DNA of 47,802 nucleotides from Bacillota bacterium (lineage in GTDB: Bacteria > Bacillota > Limnochordia > DTU087), in the NCBI GenBank assembly GCA_012727675.1, contig JAAYGR010000139.1, positions 1-47,802 on the forward strand, given 5' to 3'. Within the stretch, counting starts at the first letter, position 1. The number at the start of each line of letters is the position of its first letter. The notes below the pieces were generated by a model. That model saw only the letters and a list, made by a program, of their open reading frames with translations, did not search any database and was not told the DNA's origin. This document shows, piece after piece, positions 19,876 to 30,003 of the stretch. Made by a program: the position numbers and the translations under genes.

Positions 19876-21369
19876 CTACTTGAGAGTGGCCAAAGCCATT
19901 ACTTTGTCCGTTGTTGCTTCATGGGCGAGGTATTCGCCTTTAATTGTCCCATTTGCCATCACCAGCACCCTATCGCTGATGTTGAGGAGCTCTTCTAGGT
20001 CAGAGGAAATCACAATGACCGATATGCCTTGACTGACTAGTTCCTGGATAACCCGTCGAATTTCAGCCTTGGCTCCTACATCCACACCCCGGGTAGGCTC
20101 GTCCAAGATGAGAATCTTCGGTTTGGCGTTCAGCCAGCGGGCGAGCATTACCTTCTGCTGGTTGCCGCCGCTCAGGTAACGAATTTTCTGCTCCAATCCT
20201 GAAGTGCGGATCCGCAGATCCTTTACCGAGCGGGACGCTACTTCATCGATCTCTTTGCGATCCAGCACCGTACCGGGCTTCGTCAGATCGTCAATAATCA
20301 CTGCGGTAGCGTTCTGCCAGATATTCATGTCCGAAAATATACCGAGATGACGCCGATCCTCGGTTAGATAACCAAGCCCCTCTTCAATGGCAGTCCGGGG
20401 GTTTGTAATGGTGACGGCCTTCCCTTCCACTTCAATGGTTCCACTGTCCGGCGGGTAAAGCCCGAAGAGACAGGTTGCCAATTCTGTCCGGCCTGCTCCT
20501 TGAATTCCGGCCACTCCCAGGATCTCTTGCCGATAAAGACGAAAGGTTATGTCCTTAAGGCCCAGTAATTCCTTGTTGAGATTCTTAACTTCCAGCACAA
20601 CATCGTCTCTCTTTGCCACACTGGCCTTATGAACGGGCGGCGGTATATCTCCTACCATCATGCTGATGATCTCAGGGATGGAGGTGTCTTCGGTATTTAC
20701 CGTAGAAACATGTCTTCCATTTCGTAAGACAGTGACACGATCGGTAATGGCCATAATCTCACTGAGAATATGGCTGACAAACATTATGGTAGTACCTTCA
20801 GCCTTCAGCCGGAGGAGCACCTCAAAAAGAGTCTCCACTTCACCGGGCGTAAGCGCGGCTGTGGGCTCATCCATGATAATGAACTGACTCTTGCTTCTAA
20901 GGGCTTGAACTATGGCTGTCAGCTGGCGCATAGCCACACTGAGCTCGCCGACCTTCTGTCTTGGATTTACCTTCTGACCAATCTGGCGGAAAAGCTCTAC
21001 GGTCCTTTCCTCCATAGCAGGCCAATCTGGTGTGAATCCCTTTGTGATAAGGCTGCCCATAAATACATTTTGGGCAATGGTAAGATTGTTGCATAGGGGG
21101 ATCTCTTGGTGGACAATGGATATTCCCAGGTTTTGGGCATCAATGGGGCTAGCCACATCTACTGGTGAGCCGTTCCAGAATACCTGTCCTGTATCTTTCC
21201 GGTAAATGCCGCCGGTAATTTTGATCAGAGTTGATTTGCCAGCACCGTTTTCGCCAACCAAGCCGTGGATCTCGCCACGATTTACTGCAAATGACACATC
21301 GGATAAAGCATTAACTCCTCCAAATCGCTTGCTAATGCCTTGGTACCTTAAGATCTCTGTTTCTGACAT
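19876..21369 (-). CDS. sugar ABC transporter ATP-binding protein with duplicated ABC domains (RbsA-like)
   Basis: Walker A GENGAGKST and a second P-loop GIQGAGRTE. LSGGNQQK signature. 497 aa. Confidence 0.9.
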   Translation of the reverse strand: MSETEILRYQGISKRFGGVNALSDVSFAVNRGEIHGLVGENGAGKSTLIKITGGIYRKDTGQVFWNGSPVDVASPIDAQNLGISIVHQEIPLCNNLTIAQNVFMGSLITKGFTPDWPAMEERTVELFRQIGQKVNPRQKVGELSVAMRQLTAIVQALRSKSQFIIMDEPTAALTPGEVETLFEVLLRLKAEGTTIMFVSHILSEIMAITDRVTVLRNGRHVSTVNTEDTSIPEIISMMVGDIPPPVHKASVAKRDDVVLEVKNLNKELLGLKDITFRLYRQEILGVAGIQGAGRTELATCLFGLYPPDSGTIEVEGKAVTITNPRTAIEEGLGYLTEDRRHLGIFSDMNIWQNATAVIIDDLTKPGTVLDRKEIDEVASRSVKDLRIRTSGLEQKIRYLSGGNQQKVMLARWLNAKPKILILDEPTRGVDVGAKAEIRRVIQELVSQGISVIVISSDLEELLNISDRVLVMANGTIKGEYLAHEATTDKVMALATLK

Positions 21370-21586
21370 AGACCACCCTCCAATACGGAAGCATACTCTT
21401 GGCGAAACCGGCAGTTGCGGCGGCAGTTCTTCCGAAGGACCCCAACCTGGGTTGCATTGGGCTCAACCCTAAGCTCGACTTTAATGTTACGAATACCTGC
21501 CGATAATTTCACTTCCAGCTTATTTCTTCTTGGCAGGCTTTTGTCCATCTTAACCATTGCCGTGTTTTATCGCCCCCTGTCTCAAT

Positions 21587-21646
21587 AAAAAAACCGCTGC
21601 GAACCTTCTGCATCCAGAACTCAGGATTGCAAAAGCCGCAGCGGCT
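21587..21646 (-). terminator. intrinsic terminator after rex
   Basis: CGCAGCGG (21637-21644) pairs with CCGCTGCG (21594-21601). The interior is partly paired. Seven U on the minus sense (21593-21587). Confidence 0.6.
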
Positions 21647-21687
21647 TACTCTAGATCATCACACAGCCCTTGGGATAGAGTAGTCTC

Positions 21688-22332
21688 CTATGGGTGTTCA
21701 GCGCCTATGTAGTAGGCCAGGCGTTGCAGCTCCAAACTCAAGTCGGCATTGGCCACCTGCACATCTTTGGGAACATCCAGCTTCACCGGAGCAAAATTAA
21801 GTATAGCCTTGACGCCGACTTCTACCAAGGCATTTGTGGTCTCTTGCGCAACATCGGCCGGAACTGTAACAATGGCCATTCTAATGTCATTCTCCGGTAC
21901 CACCCTGGGTATTTCATCAATGGAATAGATAGGCACACCATCTATATCCTTGCCTATCAATTCTGGCCTGATATCAAACAGGGCCACCAGTTTAATGGTA
22001 AAGAGAGGATCCTCCTGAAAACGACGCCAGTTATAGCGGGCAAGGGCATGCCCTAAACTGCCCACCCCCACCAGTGCCATGTGAAGAGGCTCATCGAGAT
22101 TGAGGATCTTCCGGAGCTCGTCTTGAAGAAACTCCACATCATAACCTACGCCTTGTTTGCCGAATTCGCCAAACCAGGCTAGATCCTTCCGGACTAGAGC
22201 CGGCCTCACGCCAGCCCTCTTTCCCAGTTCATGGGATGAGATGCAAGTCTCTTTACCTTTTACCTCTTCCAGTACCCTTAGATATATGGGTAGACGCCGA
22301 ATCACCGCATCGGAGATTCCCTTCCAGGCCAA
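21688..22332 (-). CDS. rex: redox-sensing transcriptional repressor Rex
   Basis: AVIRRLPIYLRVL winged-helix N-terminus and Rossmann LVGVGSLGHAL. TTG start with GGAGGGGG upstream. Confidence 0.93.
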   Translation of the reverse strand: MAWKGISDAVIRRLPIYLRVLEEVKGKETCISSHELGKRAGVRPALVRKDLAWFGEFGKQGVGYDVEFLQDELRKILNLDEPLHMALVGVGSLGHALARYNWRRFQEDPLFTIKLVALFDIRPELIGKDIDGVPIYSIDEIPRVVPENDIRMAIVTVPADVAQETTNALVEVGVKAILNFAPVKLDVPKDVQVANADLSLELQRLAYYIGAEHP

Positions 22333-22457
22333 CTTGATTCCCCCTCCAAAAGAGGTGTTCGTTCCTAAATGTTTACCCGCAGCTGCCGCTTCCTAAACAC
22401 CTAGTCGAAGTTGAAAACCTCTGTCCACGGGTGCCCAGTGCCCAGCAGCATCCAAGA

Positions 22458-23846
22458 CTAATATGCTAACTTATCTTCGATGTAATTTGCTACTTGCTCT
22501 ATAGGTATTCTCACCTGCTCCATGGAATCCCGGTCCCGGATAGTCACTGCCTGGTCCTCCCGGGAATCGAAATCAAAGGTAATGCAAAACGGAGTCCCGA
22601 TCTCATCCTGCCGGCGATAGCGCCTGCCGATGCTGCCGGAATCATCATAATCAACGGGGAAGCGCTTCCGGAGCACATCATAAACCTTCTCAGCTTCAGA
22701 GGAGAGGTTTTTCGATAGAGGTAGAACCGCAGCTTTGTACGGCGCCAGGAATGGATGGAATCTAAGCACTTTTCTGGTATCCTTTTCCAGCTGCTCTTCC
22801 TCATACGCATCGGCCAAGAAGGCCAAGAACAGACGATCTACCCCCACTGACGGCTCAACGCAATAAGGTATATACCGTTCGTTGGTGAAGGGATCCAGAT
22901 AGCTCATATCCTCCTTGGATGCTTCAGCATGCTGCTTTAGATCAAAATCAGTGCGGTTGGCTATCCCCCATAATTCTCCCCAGCCGAAGGGGAAGAGATA
23001 CTCGATGTCGGTGGTAGCTTTGCTGTAGTGGGACAACTCCTCCGGAGAATGTTCCCGGGTACGGATATTCTCAGGCTTCAATCCCAAATCCACCAGCCAC
23101 TGCTTGCAGAAATCTATCCAGTATTCATACCACTCCATGTCCGTACCAGGGGCACAGAAAAACTCCAACTCCATCTGTTCAAATTCCCGGGTCCGGAAAA
23201 TGAAGTTACCGGGGGTAATCTCGTTTCTAAATGACTTCCCAATCTGGCCGATGCCAAAGGGGACCTTCTTACGGGAAGTACGCATTACATTCTTGAAATT
23301 GACGAAAATACCTTGGGCTGTTTCAGGCCTCAAGTAAACCTCAGATTTTGCATCCTCGGTTACACCCTGGAAGGTCTTGAACATCAGGTTGAACTGCCGA
23401 ATATCTGTGAAATCATGGGCTCCGCAGCGGGGACAGCGCAGCTTCTGGGCCCTAATATATTCCGCCATCTGATCATCTGACCAGCCGTCGACGGCAGGAT
23501 GGTCTTTACCCTCTTTGGCGAAGTTTTCCTCAATGAGCTGATCTGCCCGGAATCTAGCTTTGCATTGGCGGCAGTCAATGAGGGGATCGCTAAATCCAGC
23601 CAAATGTCCTGAAACTTCCCAGGTTTTAGGATTCATCAAAATGGCTGCATCCAGACCCACGTTATACGGCGACTCCTGGATAAATCTCTTCCACCAGGCT
23701 TTCTTGATATTATTCTTCAGCTCCACTCCTAACGGGCCGTAATCCCAGGTGTTGGCCAATCCCCCGTAAATCTCGGAGCCGGGGAAAACAAAACCACGGG
23801 ACTTGGAGAGTGAAACTAATTGGTCCATGGTTTTCTCCGTCATCAT
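22458..23846 (-). CDS. glyQS: glycine--tRNA ligase (alpha2 type)
   Basis: [23 protein letters not shown]... and class II motifs ([25 protein letters not shown]). The start is moved from 23903 to ATG 23846 or 23843, after AAGGAG. Confidence 0.95.
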   Translation of the reverse strand: MMTEKTMDQLVSLSKSRGFVFPGSEIYGGLANTWDYGPLGVELKNNIKKAWWKRFIQESPYNVGLDAAILMNPKTWEVSGHLAGFSDPLIDCRQCKARFRADQLIEENFAKEGKDHPAVDGWSDDQMAEYIRAQKLRCPRCGAHDFTDIRQFNLMFKTFQGVTEDAKSEVYLRPETAQGIFVNFKNVMRTSRKKVPFGIGQIGKSFRNEITPGNFIFRTREFEQMELEFFCAPGTDMEWYEYWIDFCKQWLVDLGLKPENIRTREHSPEELSHYSKATTDIEYLFPFGWGELWGIANRTDFDLKQHAEASKEDMSYLDPFTNERYIPYCVEPSVGVDRLFLAFLADAYEEEQLEKDTRKVLRFHPFLAPYKAAVLPLSKNLSSEAEKVYDVLRKRFPVDYDDSGSIGRRYRRQDEIGTPFCITFDFDSREDQAVTIRDRDSMEQVRIPIEQVANYIEDKLAY

Positions 23847-23892
23847 CTTACTCCTTCCCAGTTTATGGCACTTGATCCAATGGTCTCGCCCT

Positions 23893-23922
23893 ATTATACC
23901 CATACACAGCCCTTCTCTGCAA
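23893..23922 (-). promoter_or_regulatory. candidate sigma-A promoter for glyQS
   Basis: Minus-sense TTGCAG (23922-23917), 18 nt spacer, TATAAT (23898-23893), about 45 nt upstream of the start codon. Confidence 0.5.
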
Positions 23923-24063
23923 TTGTCTGACTTTGCTTTATTAAGGTTTTCATCCCAGGGAGCAACAGGAATCTATCCGAGTCATGAAGAATCTTTCCTA
24001 AGAAGTCAACGGCACGCCATACTGAATTATGTGGCAAAGTCGGAAATCGAAGGAGGTAAGAAC

Positions 24064-25473
24064 ATGTCTCAAGTCACATTGGGGCTGATCGTAGGCAACC
24101 GTAATTTCTTCCCCGACAGCCTCTGTGAAAATGGCCGACCAGCCGTCATCAAGGTGATGGAAGAGCTAGGCATTAAGGTTATCGCCCTTTCACCAGAAGA
24201 CACAAACCTCGGAACTGTAGAAACCTGGGAGGATGCCCAGAAGTGTGCAGCTCTCTTCAAGAAGCACCGTGATGAGATCGACGGAATCCTGGTGACTCTA
24301 CCCAACTTCGGTGATGAACGGGGCGTAGCCAATGCTATCCGGCTGTCGGGACTAAATGTCCCCATCTTGGTCCATGCCTTTGCAGATGACGCAACCAAAA
24401 TGGATCTTGCCCACAGAAGAGATAGTTTCTGCGGCAAAATTTCAGTATGCAACAATCTGCGCCAATACGGCATCCGCTTCTCACTGACCACCAAGCACAC
24501 TGTAGCTCCCGAGGACCCTGCTTTTGCTGAAGATCTAAAGTGGTTTGCGGCAGTCTGCAGGATCGTCAAAACCCTGAGAGGCGCCCGAGTAGGTGCTATC
24601 GGTACCCGTCCACCAAACTTCAATACCGTTCGTTACAGCGAAAAACTCCTGGAGGCAAGCGGAATCTCCGTGGAGCCTATAGACTTATCGGAGATCTTCG
24701 GCAGAATCGACCGGTTAAGCGACAACGATGAGGCCGTACAGGCCCGCCTGAAGGATATTACCGGCTACATTACAACCGCAGGAGTGCCCGATATTTCCCT
24801 TCTCAAGATGGCCAAACTGGCTGTAGTGATCGATGGGTGGATGAAGGACCATGACCTCATCGGCACAACCATCCAGTGCTGGACCTCCATTGAAGAGTTC
24901 TTCGGCATCGCACCCTGCGCCGTCATGAGCATGATGAGCAATGCTCTCTTGCCCAGTGCCTGTGAAGTAGACGTTATGGGACTTCTGAGCATGCTGGCCC
25001 TGCAGGCAGCTTCTGGAACGCCCACTGCCATCATCGACTGGAACAACAACTACGGCGATGATCCCAACAAGATGGTGGCTTTCCACTGCAGCAACTTCCC
25101 CAAGGACATGCTGGAAGACGCTAGAATGTCTTATCAGGATATTGTCGGCGGCACCGTTGGCAATGAGAACGCCTACGGCACAGTGCAGGGTAGAATCAAG
25201 CCCGGGCCCTTCACCTTTGCACGGCTCAGCACAGATGATGTATGCGGCAAAATTAAAGCATATGTCGGCGAAGGCACCTTCACCGAAGATGAGCTGACCA
25301 CCTTTGGCGGATACGGAGTTGTAGAAATTCCAGGGCTGCAGTGCCTTATGAAGCACATCTGCAACAACGGCTTCGAGCACCATGTGGCAATCACCCAGGC
25401 CCAGGTTGCCTGTGCACTGAACGAAGCTTTCAGCAAGTATTTGGGCTGGGATGTTTACTACCACAAAGGATAA
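24064..25473 (+). CDS. L-fucose/L-arabinose isomerase family protein (COG2407-like)
   Basis: 470 aa from ATG 24064, preceded by GAAGGAGG. N-terminus MSQVTLGLIVGNRNFFPDSL... is typical of the family as I recall it. The ORF-track start at 23803 overlaps glyQS and is rejected. Confidence 0.7.
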   Translation: MSQVTLGLIVGNRNFFPDSLCENGRPAVIKVMEELGIKVIALSPEDTNLGTVETWEDAQKCAALFKKHRDEIDGILVTLPNFGDERGVANAIRLSGLNVPILVHAFADDATKMDLAHRRDSFCGKISVCNNLRQYGIRFSLTTKHTVAPEDPAFAEDLKWFAAVCRIVKTLRGARVGAIGTRPPNFNTVRYSEKLLEASGISVEPIDLSEIFGRIDRLSDNDEAVQARLKDITGYITTAGVPDISLLKMAKLAVVIDGWMKDHDLIGTTIQCWTSIEEFFGIAPCAVMSMMSNALLPSACEVDVMGLLSMLALQAASGTPTAIIDWNNNYGDDPNKMVAFHCSNFPKDMLEDARMSYQDIVGGTVGNENAYGTVQGRIKPGPFTFARLSTDDVCGKIKAYVGEGTFTEDELTTFGGYGVVEIPGLQCLMKHICNNGFEHHVAITQAQVACALNEAFSKYLGWDVYYHKG

Positions 25474-25496
25474 TCATAAATAATCACAGGATAACG

Positions 25497-25526
25497 GAAA
25501 GCCAAGGGCATTGACCCTTGGCTTTC
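25497..25526. terminator. bidirectional intrinsic terminator between convergent genes
   Basis: GAAAGCCAAGGG-CATTGA-CCCTTGGCTTTC, a perfect 12-bp stem. Confidence 0.85.
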
Positions 25527-25545
25527 TTACTGTTAGCCTAACAGC

Positions 25546-26025
25546 TTAATAGTGATATGATTCTCCCCGGGAAATGGTAAACCACCGGTAAAGCTGTTCT
25601 AAAAGGATCAGGCGCATCAGCTGATGGGGAAAAGTTAGAGGCGAGAAGGAAAGGCGCATATGGGCCGAATCAATCAGCGAAGAATGGAGCCCCAATGCAC
25701 CGCCGATTACAAAAACGATATGGCTCCAGCCCTCTACCGCCAGCCGATCAATGGCTGCGGCCATTTCCTCCGATGACACCATCTGACCTTGTATATCTAA
25801 TGCAATGACATAACCTCTTTCGGGAATTACCTTGCGAATCCGTTCAGCCTCCTTAGCCTTGACCATTTCCTGCTCAGCTTCGGAATATCCATCCCGAAAA
25901 GGCTCATCCTTAACTTCCACAATGTTTAACCGGCAATACGACCGCAGCCGCTTGCTGTATTCTGCTATTCCATCAACTTGATACCGTTCTTTCAATCTCC
26001 CAACAGCAACTATAGTAATACGCAC
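25546..26025 (-). CDS. rlmH: 23S rRNA (pseudouridine1915-N3)-methyltransferase
   Basis: SPOUT family, 159 aa from GTG 26025 (VRITIVAVGRLKE...), preceded by GGAGAGGGG. The ORF-track start at 26067 is probably too long. Confidence 0.9.
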   Translation of the reverse strand: MRITIVAVGRLKERYQVDGIAEYSKRLRSYCRLNIVEVKDEPFRDGYSEAEQEMVKAKEAERIRKVIPERGYVIALDIQGQMVSSEEMAAAIDRLAVEGWSHIVFVIGGALGLHSSLIDSAHMRLSFSPLTFPHQLMRLILLEQLYRWFTISRGESYHY

Positions 26026-26070
26026 AGCAGCACCCCTCTCCCACCCTGCCGGAGAAGGTGCTTTCAACGG

Positions 26071-27201
26071 CTACAAGTGGGCCGTAGTCACATACCTCTC
26101 TTCTCCCCGGAAGAAGTCGATATTCAGCTCCCCGCCGTGACCAACCTCTTTCACCTTGGCAACCAATTCCTCCATGGAACGAATCTGTTCACCACCAGCG
26201 GCAGTGATAAGATCTCCCGGCTGCAGCCCTGCAGCCGCGGCCGGCTCATTGGGAACTACCTCTACTATGAAAACACCACTTCTCACCGGCAGCTTATTTC
26301 CTGTTTCCCGTTCATAACGGGCAGCGAAAACCTCATCTACCGTACCTCCCAGGATACCTAACCTGAGAATTTTGCCGTGGGCAATGAGCTCCTCAGCTAT
26401 TTTCCGGGCAGTGTTGATGGGGATGGCAAAACCGATACCTTGGGCGTTCTGAATGATTGCGGTATTGATGCCCACAACCTCTCCCTCCAGATTGAGCAAA
26501 GGGCCGCCGCTGTTGCCGGGATTAATGGAAGCATCGGTTTGAATGACTCCCTCAATCTGCAAGTTGTACTTGGGATCAAGAAGGAGCCCTCGACCCAAGG
26601 CACTGACAAGGCCTAACGTGACGGAGCTTTCAAATCCGTAAGGATTGCCGATAGCTATGACAAACTGCCCAACCCGCAGCTTATCGGAATCACCCAAGGG
26701 TGCTGTCGGCAAATTTCCACCGGAGATTCTAACTACCGCCAGATCGGTAAAGGGATCGGTCCCCACCACCCTGCCCCGGTAGGGATCCCTTCTCTCTGGA
26801 AGGTAAACCATAATCTCGGAGGCATCGGAGATCACGTGATTGTTGGTGATGATGTGCCCATCCTCATCGATGATCACCCCTGAACCAATACCTTCCCGTT
26901 CCTGGACAATCTGCCCGACAAAAAAATCGTTGATAACAGCCTTCTCTATGGTTTCTATCCGGACTACTGCAGGTCCAACCTTTTCAACCACTTTTACGGC
27001 AGCATTCTCTAGACTCCGCAAGACATCAGTTCCATCCCGGATATCCGCCCGCTCTTCTGCTTTGATTTCCTCTGGGCTGGGGGGAGAAGATCTAGCACCC
27101 CACCGCTGGTCCACCCACCAGCTCCCAAACAATCCTACAGCAGCACAGACTATCAAGACCACCAGCAGTTCCCGGGGGATGTGAAAACGCCTTCCTGACA
27201 T
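26071..27201 (-). CDS. HtrA/DegP-family serine protease with PDZ domain
   Basis: N-terminal TM anchor, catalytic GNSGGPL and a C-terminal PDZ (GLQPGDLI). Confidence 0.92.
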   Translation of the reverse strand: MSGRRFHIPRELLVVLIVCAAVGLFGSWWVDQRWGARSSPPSPEEIKAEERADIRDGTDVLRSLENAAVKVVEKVGPAVVRIETIEKAVINDFFVGQIVQEREGIGSGVIIDEDGHIITNNHVISDASEIMVYLPERRDPYRGRVVGTDPFTDLAVVRISGGNLPTAPLGDSDKLRVGQFVIAIGNPYGFESSVTLGLVSALGRGLLLDPKYNLQIEGVIQTDASINPGNSGGPLLNLEGEVVGINTAIIQNAQGIGFAIPINTARKIAEELIAHGKILRLGILGGTVDEVFAARYERETGNKLPVRSGVFIVEVVPNEPAAAAGLQPGDLITAAGGEQIRSMEELVAKVKEVGHGGELNIDFFRGEERYVTTAHL

Positions 27202-27284
27202 TAGCTGCCTCCTCCCTACCAGTTTGTTTTAGTATGTGTGGGTAGGGCAAAGGACTATGCGGCAGCAAGAGAATCCGGTTCGAT

Positions 27285-28718
27285 CTAGTGCTGCTGTACT
27301 ATTTCGGCAACAGCGTCTTGGATTGCTTGTACTTTCTTTTCTGATTCGGCTTCAACATACACCCGAAGCAGCGGTTCAGTTCCCGAAGGCCTGATTAGAA
27401 ACCAGCTGCCGTCCTCCAAAACAAATTTGACGCCATCGATATCGATGATGCGAGTCACTTTCCGCCCCGCTACCGTCTCTGGAGGGGCTGCGGTCAGGTC
27501 CTTTAGCAGACTGGTTTTCTTTTCATCGGGATAACTTAAGTCAATGCGTCGGCTGAAAACATGCCCCACGTCTGCCATTATACGGTTCAATATTGAGCTG
27601 AGGTCTTGGCCCCACACCGCCCGCATTTCGGCAATCAACAAATTAGCCAGAACTCCATCTTTTTCCGGTATATGGCCTCCAATGCTGAGGCCGCCGCTTT
27701 CCTCTCCTCCGATAATCACAGGCTTTTGGCGCATCTGTTCACATATATATTTAAATCCCACCGGGGTCTCCACCACATTCAAGCCGTACTTGGCAGCTAG
27801 CTTATCTACCAAGTGTGTTGTGGCCACGGTACGCACTACATCCCCCTTACAACCCCGACGCTCCACTAGATGAACCAAAAGCAGGGCCACCACCTGATTG
27901 GGAGTAATGTACTGGCCTGTGCCGTCAATGACTCCAAACCGATCGGCATCTCCATCGGTGGCCAGTCCCAGGTGGCTCCCAGTGTCCCTTACCCGGTCCG
28001 CAAGGAGCTTCAGTTGAGCAGCGGTGGGTTCAGGCATTCCGCCACCAAACAGAGGATCCCGGTTTCCCCGGATCAGCTTCACCTGGCAGCCGTTGGCCTC
28101 TAGCACCTCAGCTAGGTAATGGCGGCCCGATCCGTGCATTGGATCGCAAATCACTTTAAGACCGCTTTCTGCGATGGCTTTGAAATCAATTAGGCTGCTG
28201 AGGTGCCGAAAGTACTCCTCCCGGGGATCGATGATTTCCAGGCGACCTTCTTCCAAAGCAGCTGATAGATCAACTGATTCTCCCCCTTCCACCACCGGCA
28301 GACCGACTTTGCCTTCGATGGCTTTGGTTATGTCGGTTGTGGCTGGTCCACCATACTCAGGTATGTATTTGATCCCATTGTATTCGGGGGGATTATGGCT
28401 GGCGGTGAATACCACAGCACCGGCTGTGCGGTGCAGAGTGACTGCATAGGCTATGACAGGGGTAGGCGCATCGTCAGGAAACATGTACACCTTGATCCCA
28501 TTGGCAATCAGCACCTTCGCCGCTTCCTTTGCAAAGCGTTCCCCTAGAAACCTGGCATCGTGACCGACAATGATGCCCCTTTCGGACTTGGCATTCGCCA
28601 GGAGATAAGAGGCTATGGCCTGAACAACCAAGCGCACATTTTCAAAGGTGAATGTGTCACACATGATTGCCCGCCAGCCGTCAGTGCCGAATTTGATCTG
28701 ACTTGTTCTGCTTGCCAT
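27285..28718 (-). CDS. alpha-D-phosphohexomutase (phosphoglucomutase/phosphomannomutase family)
   Basis: IKFGTDGWR, the active-site loop TASHNPPEYNG and the metal loop DGDADR. Confidence 0.92.
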   Translation of the reverse strand: MASRTSQIKFGTDGWRAIMCDTFTFENVRLVVQAIASYLLANAKSERGIIVGHDARFLGERFAKEAAKVLIANGIKVYMFPDDAPTPVIAYAVTLHRTAGAVVFTASHNPPEYNGIKYIPEYGGPATTDITKAIEGKVGLPVVEGGESVDLSAALEEGRLEIIDPREEYFRHLSSLIDFKAIAESGLKVICDPMHGSGRHYLAEVLEANGCQVKLIRGNRDPLFGGGMPEPTAAQLKLLADRVRDTGSHLGLATDGDADRFGVIDGTGQYITPNQVVALLLVHLVERRGCKGDVVRTVATTHLVDKLAAKYGLNVVETPVGFKYICEQMRQKPVIIGGEESGGLSIGGHIPEKDGVLANLLIAEMRAVWGQDLSSILNRIMADVGHVFSRRIDLSYPDEKKTSLLKDLTAAPPETVAGRKVTRIIDIDGVKFVLEDGSWFLIRPSGTEPLLRVYVEAESEKKVQAIQDAVAEIVQQH

Positions 28719-28784
28719 AAATTCTTAAACCGCCCCAAACCTTCCAACCGGATAAGGGCGGCTGCCTCCTTTCTACAACTGTAT

Positions 28785-28813
28785 ATTATGCTGAGACTTA
28801 ATGCTGCTGTGAA
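28785..28813 (-). promoter_or_regulatory. candidate sigma-A promoter for the phosphohexomutase gene
   Basis: Minus-sense TTCACA (28813-28808), 17 nt spacer, CATAAT (28790-28785). Confidence 0.4.
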
Positions 28814-28950
28814 AGACCGCCGAGGACTCCAACAGACACCCAATACTCCACCAGACCGTCCATTTCTCCTTGGTCTGCGCTGATTCCTCTTTCATCTACC
28901 TGTATACTAACCTTTTGCTCCGCTATTAACCCCAAGGTACAATATGCGGA

Positions 28951-30003
28951 TTAGTAGCGGCTTTGCTTTTGACGTCTCAGCAGGTAAATAAAAAACGGTG
29001 CCCCGGCTATGGCAGTAATAACTCCCACCGGCAGCTCCGCAGGAGCAAGGATTGTCCGGGCAGCTGTATCGGCAATCACAAGAAAGATAGCGCCCACTAG
29101 GCCCGATGCCGGCAGTAGAATGCGGTGATCAGGTCCAGTAATGATCCTAACAGAGTGGGGGATGATGAGACCTACAAAACCGATGACACCGCTGACAGAC
29201 ACCGCTGCCGCTGCCATAAGGGAACCGGCAATCAGGAGAATGGCCTTGACCCGTTCCACATTAACTCCCAGGTTCTGGGCCGTCTCCTCTCCCACAAGCA
29301 AAATGTTCAGCTCCCGGGAGTAAAAGATCACTACTAGGCCGCCCAAGGCTAAATAGGGCAGGCTGGCCTTAACATGATTCCAACTCCTGCCTGAGAGGCT
29401 GCCCATCATCCAATAGACGATTTCCGGCATTGACTGGTTGGCTACAACCATCAAGAACGACACTATTGCCGAGAAGAAAGAACTGACAGCGACCCCTGCT
29501 AAAAGGAGTGTGCCGATGGGCACCCGTCCGCCTACCCGAGCTATATTATACACCAAAAAGATCGTAAGTACCGCGCCCACAAAGGCCAGTAAAGTTACGA
29601 CCGAAAGACCAAAAGCAAAGTATTTATTCCGCAGTAGTATCCCTATAGTGGCACCGACAGAGGCCCCCGCCGATACGCCGATAATATACGGATCTGCCAT
29701 AGAATTTTGCAGCAGCCCTTGATATGTAGCACCGGCCATAGCCAGACCGCCGCCAACGATTACCGCCAGAACGATACGGGGCAGCCGTACCTGAAAAACT
29801 ATCATTTTGTGGGACATGGGCCACTTGTTCAACTGGTCATCCATGCCGAGAAGGTGATGCAGGATCATCTGGGCCACATCAACGGCAGCGATATCAGCTG
29901 GACCTACTGCAGCTGAAACGATAGCCGCCAAGATCAGCAGAAGGCTTAAAACCAGGATAGTGAGTGCCCATTTCTTCCCTCGACTGCTTGAGTCTACTCT
30001 CAA
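28951..30003 (-). CDS. btuC: FecCD/BtuC-family ABC permease (corrinoid uptake inferred from the riboswitch)
   Basis: 350 aa polytopic FecCD-family sequence. The TTG start overlaps the cobO stop (TATTGAGAG). Confidence 0.85.
   Translation of the reverse strand: MRVDSSSRGKKWALTILVLSLLLILAAIVSAAVGPADIAAVDVAQMILHHLLGMDDQLNKWPMSHKMIVFQVRLPRIVLAVIVGGGLAMAGATYQGLLQNSMADPYIIGVSAGASVGATIGILLRNKYFAFGLSVVTLLAFVGAVLTIFLVYNIARVGGRVPIGTLLLAGVAVSSFFSAIVSFLMVVANQSMPEIVYWMMGSLSGRSWNHVKASLPYLALGGLVVIFYSRELNILLVGEETAQNLGVNVERVKAILLIAGSLMAAAAVSVSGVIGFVGLIIPHSVRIITGPDHRILLPASGLVGAIFLVIADTAARTILAPAELPVGVITAIAGAPFFIYLLRRQKQSRY

Noticed and set aside
23847-24063. T-box leader upstream of glyQS (and upstream of argS at 9779-9874)
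   Set aside because: No T-box sequence (..GGTGGTACCGCG..) or specifier/terminator architecture is visible. A good promoter lies only ~45 nt from the glyQS start, and the argS upstream gap is only 96 nt.
23803-24063. N-terminal extensions in the ORF track, affecting these calls:
- Fucose-isomerase-family gene from 23803.
- ndk from 14026.
- rlmH from 26067.
- DUF151 gene from 5506.
- glyQS from 23903.
- Sugar-binding protein from 18685.
- Corrinoid protein from 39428.
   Set aside because: In each case an internal start is preceded by a strong SD and reproduces the conserved family N-terminus. The extensions overlap neighbouring genes or promoters.
24715-25464. Long antisense ORFs inside well-supported genes. 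Examples are 24715-25464, 40521-41213, 46944-47507, 14244-14766, 1746-2225 and 42368-42940.
   Set aside because: They lie opposite strongly recognisable genes, have low-complexity or atypical composition, and lack SDs. They are typical shadow ORFs of codon-biased sequence.
28798-28863. 21-codon hydrophobic small ORF (MDGLVEYWVSVGVLGGLSQQH) between btuC and the phosphohexomutase gene
   Set aside because: The AAGGAG lies only 2 nt from the ATG, which is too close. The ORF overlaps the predicted promoter of the downstream gene, and there is no other support.
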